From: Acidimicrobiia bacterium
GTDB taxonomy: Bacteria; Actinomycetota; Acidimicrobiia; Acidimicrobiales; JANYDT01
DNA length: 64,000 nt
Assembly: GCA_031368215.1 (NCBI GenBank)
Contig: JANLRD010000276.1
Span: 12,865 to 76,864 of the forward strand
Reading direction: 5' to 3'
The notes beneath the pieces were generated by a model. That model made no database searches and was not told the origin of the DNA. It saw only the letters and a program-made list of their open reading frames with translations. Positions 57,232-64,000 of the stretch are shown here, in pieces. Both the position numbers and the translations under genes were made by a program. Every line of letters starts with the position of its first letter. Position 1 is the stretch's first letter.

Positions 57232-58107
57232 TCACCGTGCTGAACGCCGGGCCAATTCGGCTCGTACCGCGTCGCTGATCTCGTCGATCGGTGCCGACTC
57301 GCCGGTCCACAACGTGAACTGGCGCGCCCCCTGGTGGAGCAGCATGCCGAGTCCATCGACCGTCAGCAGGCCACGGGCACGCGCCGCCGACAGCAGCGCA
57401 GTCTCGAGCGGGTGGTAGACGAGGTCGTTGACGACCTGGCCGGCGGACAGCCTTTCGGGGTCCAGCGGCAGAGCATCGATTGCGTCCCCCATGCCCTGAG
57501 GGGTTGCGTTGATGATGATCTCCGCATCGGTGACGGCGTCGACCGATCGCCGGACCCCGAGCGGACCGGCGAGCGAAAGCGCCGCAGCAGCCCTGCCGTC
57601 ATCACGGTTCACGACCGCGATCTCGGTGGCTCCGCGGCGAGCGAGCGCGAGCACGACGGAACGGCCGGCACCACCCGCGCCGATGACCATGCACCGCCTG
57701 CCGGCCGGGTCGCAGCCCGCGGCAACGAGCGCGTCGACACAGCCCGGACCGTCGGTCGACTCCGCCCGGAGCCGTCCACCATGCACGCGAAGCACGGTGT
57801 TCGCGGCGTCGAGCGCGATGACGTCGTCGCTCGCCTCGTCCACGGCGTGAGCGACGGCGGTCTTGTGCGGCATCGTGACCGAGAGGCCGCCGATGTTCAT
57901 CGCCCGCATCGCCCGGAGGGCCTCGGGCGCACTCCCCGCGGCGACCGCGAACGCAACATAGACAGCATCGATCCCACTCGCCGCGAACGCCGCATTGTGC
58001 AGGGTCGGGGACAACGAATGCCGCACGGGATCGCCGATCACGCCGTAGACCGATGTGGTGCCCTGAGGCGAGGAACGAAGCGTCGACATCATCACCGACG
58101 CGTCCAC
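57232..58107 (-). CDS. aroE: shikimate dehydrogenase
   Basis: Motifs GVIGDPVRHSLSPTLHNAAF and GAGGAGRS. Confidence 0.92.
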   Translation of the reverse strand: MDASVMMSTLRSSPQGTTSVYGVIGDPVRHSLSPTLHNAAFAASGIDAVYVAFAVAAGSAPEALRAMRAMNIGGLSVTMPHKTAVAHAVDEASDDVIALDAANTVLRVHGGRLRAESTDGPGCVDALVAAGCDPAGRRCMVIGAGGAGRSVVLALARRGATEIAVVNRDDGRAAAALSLAGPLGVRRSVDAVTDAEIIINATPQGMGDAIDALPLDPERLSAGQVVNDLVYHPLETALLSAARARGLLTVDGLGMLLHQGARQFTLWTGESAPIDEISDAVRAELARRSAR

Positions 58108-58132
58108 CGCGCAGCCGGGACAACCCGACGGC

Positions 58133-59419
58133 TCATCGGACGCCGTTCTGTTCCGCGATCTTGATGTTCTTCTTGTGCTCTTTGAACGTCGAGGCGAACG
58201 CGTGATGGCCCTGCGCGTCGATCACGACGTAATAGAGCCAGTCCCCGGGTGTCGGGTTGAGCGCCGCCCGGATGGATTCGCGTCCCGGCGAAGCGATCGG
58301 GGTGGGGGGCAGACCTTTGCGGGTGTAGGTGTTGTACGGCCCGTCCTTCTGGAGATCCTCGAAGAGCACCCGGTCGACGTTGCCTCCCATTCCGTAGATC
58401 AGCGTCGCGTCGATCTGCAATGCCTGGTCCGCCGCCAGCCGGTTGTAGATCACCCGCGCCACCTTGCCGCGGTCCTCGTCGATCTTCGCTTCGCGTTCGA
58501 TCAGCGATGCGACGATCAGCGCTTCGTAGGGCGATCGTCCGACCTTGGCGTTCGCGTTGGTGAGTCCCTCGGCGTCGGCGGCCACGTCGAACGCATCGAC
58601 GAGACGGGCGACCACAGCTTCCTCGTCGTCGTCGAGGGAGAACTGATACGTGCTCGGGAACAGGAAGCCCTCGAGGTTCTCCGATGCCGTCGGCAGCAGC
58701 GAAGACCGGATCGTGCCGTTGGTCGCCACCTGCATGAAGCGAGCAGCGGTGCGACCGGGAAGGCGCGCACCCACACGGTCAGCGAATTGGGACAGCCGGA
58801 ACCCTTCGGGGAAGGTGATCTTCTGCTCGTTGGGGACCTGCGGTCCGCGCGTAAGGGTCTCGAGAGCGGAGTCGAAGGTGTCGTTCTTGCGGAAGGTATA
58901 GCGGCCCGCATCGAACCCTCCCCGTCCCTTCCACTGCGCGTAGTACCGGAAGACACGCGGGTCGCCGATGATCCCCTCGTCGTGGAGGATCTCGCCGATC
59001 CGCTTCGTCGGCGTGTTCTTCGGAATGGTGATCTGGACAGCTTCGCCAACCGGCCCCGGGGGGTCGATCTGCTTTTGCAGCCACCGGACGCCATAGAGCG
59101 CTCCCGCGATCGCAATAGCACAGAACACCAGAAAGACGAGGAGTCCACGCCCGCGCCCGGGCGGTGCGGGGAAATCCTCGATGTCGATGTCGTCTCCGTC
59201 GAGATCGTCATCGAGAACGCCACGGCGCTTCGAGCGCCGGCCTTTCGGCTCCGCTACGGATGGTGTCGGCGTCGACACCGGCGTCGGTCGCGGCGCGGCG
59301 ACCACGAGCTTCGGGAGCGGTGCTGGGTCGTCGGAGGGCGGCGGCGGGGCTGGACGGTCGGCTGGGCGGATGGGCGGCGAGTCCCACGCGCTCTCGCTTT
59401 CCCACGGATCGTTGGTCAT
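58133..59419 (-). CDS. mltG: endolytic murein transglycosylase MltG (YceG-like)
   Basis: 428 aa. A Pro-rich N-terminus, one TM, and a YceG domain (ASLIEREA, YNTYTRKGLPPTPI). Confidence 0.9.
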   Translation of the reverse strand: MTNDPWESESAWDSPPIRPADRPAPPPPSDDPAPLPKLVVAAPRPTPVSTPTPSVAEPKGRRSKRRGVLDDDLDGDDIDIEDFPAPPGRGRGLLVFLVFCAIAIAGALYGVRWLQKQIDPPGPVGEAVQITIPKNTPTKRIGEILHDEGIIGDPRVFRYYAQWKGRGGFDAGRYTFRKNDTFDSALETLTRGPQVPNEQKITFPEGFRLSQFADRVGARLPGRTAARFMQVATNGTIRSSLLPTASENLEGFLFPSTYQFSLDDDEEAVVARLVDAFDVAADAEGLTNANAKVGRSPYEALIVASLIEREAKIDEDRGKVARVIYNRLAADQALQIDATLIYGMGGNVDRVLFEDLQKDGPYNTYTRKGLPPTPIASPGRESIRAALNPTPGDWLYYVVIDAQGHHAFASTFKEHKKNIKIAEQNGVR

Positions 59420-59946
59420 CGTCCTGCCCTTCGTCCCGACCGACCGGAGAAGTCTGGCGCGGGTCCCGGTGCATGCTCGTACGTTTCACCGGAATTCCTC
59501 ACGGCAGTAACGGGCCCCGAGTCGCGGGTGTCCGTCTGCCCGTCGAGCCAGCTCTGCAGGAGGACCGCGGCGGCGACCTTGTCCACCACGTGGCGACGGT
59601 CGCGAGCCTTCACGTTGCGCTCCTGGAGCGCACGGTGCGCTGTTGCCGTGGTGAACCGTTCGTCGTGGAGGACGACGGGAACGGCGAAGCGCAGAGCCAA
59701 CTCGGCAACCTCGGTTCGGATGAGCGCTGCTGCGTGCCCTTCCCTGCCGTCGAGGCCGACCGGAAGTCCGACGACGATGGCATCGGGTTCGTACTCGTCA
59801 ACGATCTTGGCGATCGCATCGTGATCATCTCGATGCGACCGGCCGCGGAGCACCACGGTGACCGGTGAGGCAAGTGTTCTTGTGAGGTCCGACGACGCGA
59901 CGCCGATGCGCTTGGACCCCAGATCGAGGGACAGCACACGTGCCAT
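59416..59946 (-). CDS. ruvX: Holliday junction resolvase-like RuvX (YqgF)
   Basis: 176 aa. N-terminal LSLDLGSKRIGVA. It overlaps mltG by 4 nt. Confidence 0.9.
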   Translation of the reverse strand: MARVLSLDLGSKRIGVASSDLTRTLASPVTVVLRGRSHRDDHDAIAKIVDEYEPDAIVVGLPVGLDGREGHAAALIRTEVAELALRFAVPVVLHDERFTTATAHRALQERNVKARDRRHVVDKVAAAVLLQSWLDGQTDTRDSGPVTAVRNSGETYEHAPGPAPDFSGRSGRRAGR

Positions 59947-59962
59947 CGTCGGTCACGCCCGC

Positions 59963-62602
59963 TTACGCGATTCCGGCGGCAGCTCGTGCCTGGGCAAGGG
60001 CGTCGTCGAGACCGTCCGGGTTGCGTCCGCCCGCGAGGGCAACGTCGGCCGCCTTGCCTCCGCCACCGCCGATCGACTTCACGGCCTCGGCAATGAGCTC
60101 CGATGCGTGGAATCCCGAGTCCTTCCGGACGGCCGAGATGAGCGCGACCCCTCCCGCCGACGGTGCCGACCCGAGGATTACAGCGTTCACGCCGGGCACG
60201 TCGCGCACCGCGATGGCAAGGTCCTTGAGGTCTTCGCGGGCAACGTCGTCGACCCGAGCGACAACGACACCGCGGACGGCGGCAGCCGCAAGGGTCTGAG
60301 CACGACCACCCGCCAGTTGGCGACGGAGCTGCTCGACTTCCTTCTCGAGGCCCTTGCGCTCGTCGAGCAGTCGGCCGACGCGGTCATGGAGATCTTCGGG
60401 CTTGACCCGCAGCAGCGACGACACGCCGTACAGAACGCGTTCGTCAGCACGCAGACGTTCGATCGTTCGCAGACCGGTGGTGGCCTCGATGCGACGGATG
60501 TTCGAGCCGATGGAGCTCTCGCTGGTGACCGTGACGGCGCCGATCTGACCCACGTTGCGGACGTGGGTGCCGCCGCAGAACTCGAGCGACGGACCGGCCT
60601 GCAGGACCCGGACCCGTTCGCCGTACTTGTCTCCGAAGAACGCGATGGCACCCATCTCCTCGGCTTCGGACTTGGTGACCTCGGGATTGTTTGTGTCGGC
60701 CGCCGTGAGCACGACCTCGTTCACGAGATTCTCGATGCGGTGAATCTGCTCGCTGCTCACTCCCTCGTAGTGCGAGAAGTCGAAACGAAGACGGTCAGGG
60801 CCCACCAGGGAGCCGGCCTGCTTCACGTGGTCGCCCAAGACCTGCCGCAGGGCCCAGTGGAGGAGATGGGTGGCCGTGTGATTGCGGCGGGTGGCATCGC
60901 GCTTCGCCGCATCGATATGTGCACTTGCCTTCTCTCCAACCTCGATCGAACCGGAGCGGACGACCGCCCGGTGCCGGACGAGCCCGGGGATCGCGTACGT
61001 CGTATCGATGACGGAGGCCACGCCGGTGGCGGTGCGGATCTCCCCGGTGTCGCCGACCTGGCCGCCGGACTCGGCGTAGAAGGGGGTGCGATCGAGAAAC
61101 ACCTCCACCGCCGATGCGTCTTCCGGATCGACGGTGACAACTCCGACCACGGTGGCGTCGCTCACCTCGGTGGAGCCGTAGCCCACGAAGGTCGTGATGC
61201 CGTGGAACTCCATGATGTCGCGGTACTGCCTGGCCTGCTCCTCAGGCGTCGATGCATCCTTTCGGGCCGATCGGGCCCGGTTGCGCTGCTCGTCCATGAG
61301 CACCGTGAAGCGCTCCTCGTCGACGGCCACGCTCCGCTCGCCGACGATCTCCCGGGTCAGTTCGAGTTGGAACCCGAAGGTGTCGTGGAGCTCGAACGCA
61401 GTGTCGCCGTCGAGCGGCGCACCGGTAGGAAGCGCGCGTAGCTTGTCGTCGAGCATCACGCTCCCCCGCTCGAGGGTGCGTCGGAACTGCTCCTCCTCGC
61501 GCGTGATCACGTTGAGGATGTGGTCGCGGCGCTCACGCACTGCGGGATACGCGTCGCCCATCACGTCGATCGCCACATCGACGAGCTCAGGCATGACGTT
61601 GCGCTTCGCACCGAGACGGTACGCATGCCGAACGGCGCGCCGCACGATGCGGCGCAGCACGTAGCCACGATCGTTGTTCGACGGGAAGACCTCGTCGCCG
61701 ATCAGCATCGCGCTCGATCGGGCATGTTCGGCCAGCACTCGCAAGGAGAACGAATCGGCATCGTCGTAGTCGCCGACGATGTACGTGGCACCGGTGATGC
61801 TCCGGGCGCGATCGATCAGCGGAGCCATGAGATCGGTCTCCCACACCGCCTCCACACCCTGGAGAAGGCACAGGATCCGCTCGAGGCCGGCACCGGTGTC
61901 GATCGACGGCTTCGGCAGCGGTGTTCGAGTGCCGTCCTCCGCCTGGTCGAACTGCATGAACACGAGGTTCCAGAACTCGAGGAATCGAGCCTCAGCGGCC
62001 GGATTGAGCGGACCGCCTTCAGGTCCGTACTTTGCGCCGCGGTCGATATAGATCTCGCTGCATGGGCCACACGGACCGGTCGGACCCATCTGCCAGAAGT
62101 TGTCCTTGTCACCGAGCCGCTGGATCCGCGACTTGGGCATCTCGGTCAGGTCGAGCCACAGCGCTTCGGCCTCGTCGTCGGACTCGTGGACCGTGACCCA
62201 CAGCTGCTCGGGATCGAAACCGAGGGTGCTCGTGGTGAAGTCCCACGCATAGGTGATCGCCTGCGACTTGAAGTAGTCACCGAAGCTGAAGTTGCCCAGC
62301 ATCTCGAAGAACACCAGGTGACGGGCGGTGCGGCCGACGTCGTCGAGGTCGTTGTGCTTGCCCCCGGCCCGAGCGCATTTCTGGCTGGTCGTGGCCCGCT
62401 TGAACGGTGCGGTCTCGTCGCCGGTGAAGTACGGCTTGAACGGGACCATGCCGGCCACGGTGAACAGCAGGGACGGGTCGTGCGGGATCAGGCTCCCGGA
62501 CGCAACCTCCTGGTGGCCGCGGGCAACGAAGTGGTCCAGGAAACTCCGGCGGAGCTCGTCGGAGGTTTTCGGCGGAGATGACGGACGCGGCGAGTTCGAC
62601 AT
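59963..62602 (-). CDS. alaS: alanine--tRNA ligase
   Basis: 879 aa. It has a class II core, the editing-domain motif HTATHLLH, and a C-terminal DHHA1-like region. Confidence 0.97.
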   Translation of the reverse strand: MSNSPRPSSPPKTSDELRRSFLDHFVARGHQEVASGSLIPHDPSLLFTVAGMVPFKPYFTGDETAPFKRATTSQKCARAGGKHNDLDDVGRTARHLVFFEMLGNFSFGDYFKSQAITYAWDFTTSTLGFDPEQLWVTVHESDDEAEALWLDLTEMPKSRIQRLGDKDNFWQMGPTGPCGPCSEIYIDRGAKYGPEGGPLNPAAEARFLEFWNLVFMQFDQAEDGTRTPLPKPSIDTGAGLERILCLLQGVEAVWETDLMAPLIDRARSITGATYIVGDYDDADSFSLRVLAEHARSSAMLIGDEVFPSNNDRGYVLRRIVRRAVRHAYRLGAKRNVMPELVDVAIDVMGDAYPAVRERRDHILNVITREEEQFRRTLERGSVMLDDKLRALPTGAPLDGDTAFELHDTFGFQLELTREIVGERSVAVDEERFTVLMDEQRNRARSARKDASTPEEQARQYRDIMEFHGITTFVGYGSTEVSDATVVGVVTVDPEDASAVEVFLDRTPFYAESGGQVGDTGEIRTATGVASVIDTTYAIPGLVRHRAVVRSGSIEVGEKASAHIDAAKRDATRRNHTATHLLHWALRQVLGDHVKQAGSLVGPDRLRFDFSHYEGVSSEQIHRIENLVNEVVLTAADTNNPEVTKSEAEEMGAIAFFGDKYGERVRVLQAGPSLEFCGGTHVRNVGQIGAVTVTSESSIGSNIRRIEATTGLRTIERLRADERVLYGVSSLLRVKPEDLHDRVGRLLDERKGLEKEVEQLRRQLAGGRAQTLAAAAVRGVVVARVDDVAREDLKDLAIAVRDVPGVNAVILGSAPSAGGVALISAVRKDSGFHASELIAEAVKSIGGGGGKAADVALAGGRNPDGLDDALAQARAAAGIA

Positions 62603-62654
62603 GGCCGGACGATCCTACCGGCCACCTGTTTCCCGCCTTCCCCGCTTTCGGCGT

Positions 62655-62921
62655 CTATTTCCTGCGCAGACCTTCGCGCAGTTCGGTCTCGCGGGTGCTG
62701 GCGGCGGAACGGCCTTCAGCGATCGCCGACCGGATCTTCTCGCGGGTCGCCGCGTTGCGGGACCGCGCGGCACCCCGGACACGGCGGGCGATCGCGCCGG
62801 GCGCGGCGGCCGCCACCTTTTCCGCGACGACGCGCTTGGCCTTGCGTTCGAGCCACCGCGATCCGACCGTTCCGGCGACGGCGCCCGTCGCCCACCAGAT
62901 GACGCGCTTGAACATGGACAT
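62655..62921 (-). CDS. small hypothetical membrane protein
   Basis: 88 aa with an N-terminal TM (VIWWATGAVAGTV) and a basic tail. Confidence 0.55.
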   Translation of the reverse strand: MSMFKRVIWWATGAVAGTVGSRWLERKAKRVVAEKVAAAAPGAIARRVRGAARSRNAATREKIRSAIAEGRSAASTRETELREGLRRK

Positions 62922-63161
62922 GATCGTAGGGCGGCGCGATGACCGGGACGCAACAGACGATCGGGAGGAACCTCGTCACCACCGCCGGAGCTTCAACCGG
63001 TCACGCGCCGCCCGAACCCGACGATCGCCCGACGCCGTGCGACCGTAGCGGCGAACTTGTTGTTGGCGCGGCCGACCGGGTCGGCGGGCCCAACGGGGTC
63101 AACCGCCACGACCTCACCCACCTCGTTCGCGCCTCGGCATTGCGCGGCATGCGCCAGCGCG

Positions 63162-63422
63162 TCAACTCTCGACCAAGACCACCACGGTCTCGGGCCGTAC
63201 GCCGTCGTACTTCATTGCCGCGGCGCCCGCCTCGCTGTCCATCACCGCCTGGAACGCATCCATATCGGCAACCTCCATGAGGAGGCCGACGCGGTTCGGA
63301 TTCTGCGGGTCGACAAACGTGCGGATGTTGAGGGCCACCGAGCCGAACACTTCCCTTCGTTTGGGCGATGCCAGCCAGTGCGCGACGTCCTCGACTTCAT
63401 GGAATGCAATCAATGTTGGCAT
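63162..63422 (-). CDS. small hypothetical protein (86 aa)
   Basis: ATG 63422 is preceded by AGGAG. The sequence begins MPTLIAFHEVEDVAHWL... The track ORF 63162..63626 is over-extended. Confidence 0.6.
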   Translation of the reverse strand: MPTLIAFHEVEDVAHWLASPKRREVFGSVALNIRTFVDPQNPNRVGLLMEVADMDAFQAVMDSEAGAAAMKYDGVRPETVVVLVES

Positions 63423-63727
63423 CGGATGTTCTCCTGAGTTCGGACCGGAACGCTCTGGTCTCGTCGGGAACGTACCACGGTCCACGCGTGCGGCGCTCGC
63501 CTGGTGATTCGCCGTCGTTCGATCGTATGACGCAGGCCGGCGGCATACGAGGAGATGGGCTCGATTGCTGACCGACGGTCGTACACGCAGCGTCCGGAGT
63601 GAGTTCCGAATTCGAACGTCAGCCACGCGAGTTCACCCCGTCGGCGGATCGGCCGCGCAATCCACACGGGTCGGTCGAGAACTCCGCCGAGAACTTGCCG
63701 GCACCTCTTGCGCCTACGCGACCCGGA

Positions 63728-64000
63728 CTACTTCTTCGGTGTCTTCGCCGGCTCCGTGGCCTTGGCGAGACGGGCGAGCGCCCGACGACCGCCGGTCAAC
63801 CACGCCAGCAGTTTGACGAACGGGTTGGTCACGGCGTTGTAGGCCAGCTTCGACGCCGCATCGGCAGTGCCCGTCAGGGACGCCGCGGTCTCGAGCAGCA
63901 CGTCGGCCTTGCGATTGGCGCCCTCCGCTTTGCGGAGCGCGGAGCGGGTGTCGGCCAGGAGCGGGAGCGTCTGGGTGCGGAGCTCGGCGAGCCCGGACGC
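63728..64000 (-). CDS. DUF948-like protein, N-terminus beyond the window end
   Basis: Manual minus-strand translation gives ...LRKAEGANRKADVLLETAASLTGTADAASKLAYNAVTNPFVKLLAWLTG...KTPKK-stop. The stop codon is at 63728..63730. Confidence 0.6.
   Translation of the reverse strand, partial: ASGLAELRTQTLPLLADTRSALRKAEGANRKADVLLETAASLTGTADAASKLAYNAVTNPFVKLLAWLTGGRRALARLAKATEPAKTPKK

Noticed and set aside
63423-63727. A possible gene or riboswitch in the 305-nt gap upstream of the 86-aa gene. It contains a near-palindromic GTTCCGAATTCGAAC.
   Set aside because: Only shadow ORFs cross it and I recognised no motif. The structure is too weak by eye to support a call.

Overview
High-GC chromosome segment, roughly two-thirds G+C or more by eye. 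It is densely coding, about 50 CDS with short intergenic gaps. Gene content points to an actinobacterium, though that assignment is inference: an Rv2466c/Mrx-2-type mycothiol-era reductase, MmpL, a TM-anchored FtsY, and an aro cluster carrying an embedded prepilin peptidase. I recognised no rRNA, tRNA, CRISPR array, transposase, integrase or phage genes.

Layout:
- 1-10.2 kb: an OmpR-type two-component system divergent from a polar-amino-acid ABC transporter that has two binding proteins, followed by aceE and an SDR.
- 10.2-21 kb: a conserved housekeeping block on the minus strand, yceD-rpmF-plsX-acpP-rnc-mutM-smc, then deoD on the plus strand, then ftsY.
- 21-54.5 kb: an accessory-looking metabolic and envelope block. 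It holds an acyl-CoA dehydrogenase, two MFS transporters, a gamma-glutamyl/polyamine-like gene set (C26 amidotransferase, GlnA-like ligase, APC permease, molybdopterin oxidoreductase, HDAC-type amidohydrolase), DUF427, a FadD-MmpL pair, a PBP1C plus giant thioester alpha-2-macroglobulin operon, and a GGDEF-EAL protein.
- 54.5-64 kb: conserved alaS-ruvX-mltG-aroE-(prepilin peptidase)-aroC-aroK on the minus strand.

Most interesting observations:
- An in-frame TGA sits exactly on the nucleophilic Cys of the CPWC motif of an Mrx-2/DsbA-like reductase. This is either a candidate selenoprotein or a fresh pseudogene.
- A 2044-aa thioester A2M is paired with PBP1C in an apparently monoderm lineage.
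- Several families of structured intergenic repeats occur, together with a 56-bp tandem triplication of the plsX 3' end.
- Two near-identical CRP-like palindromes lie 41 kb apart.
- A roughly 250-nt strand-asymmetric structured RNA candidate lies in the 10.5-10.8 kb gap.
- rpmF (59 aa) is absent from the supplied ORF track and was found by manual translation.
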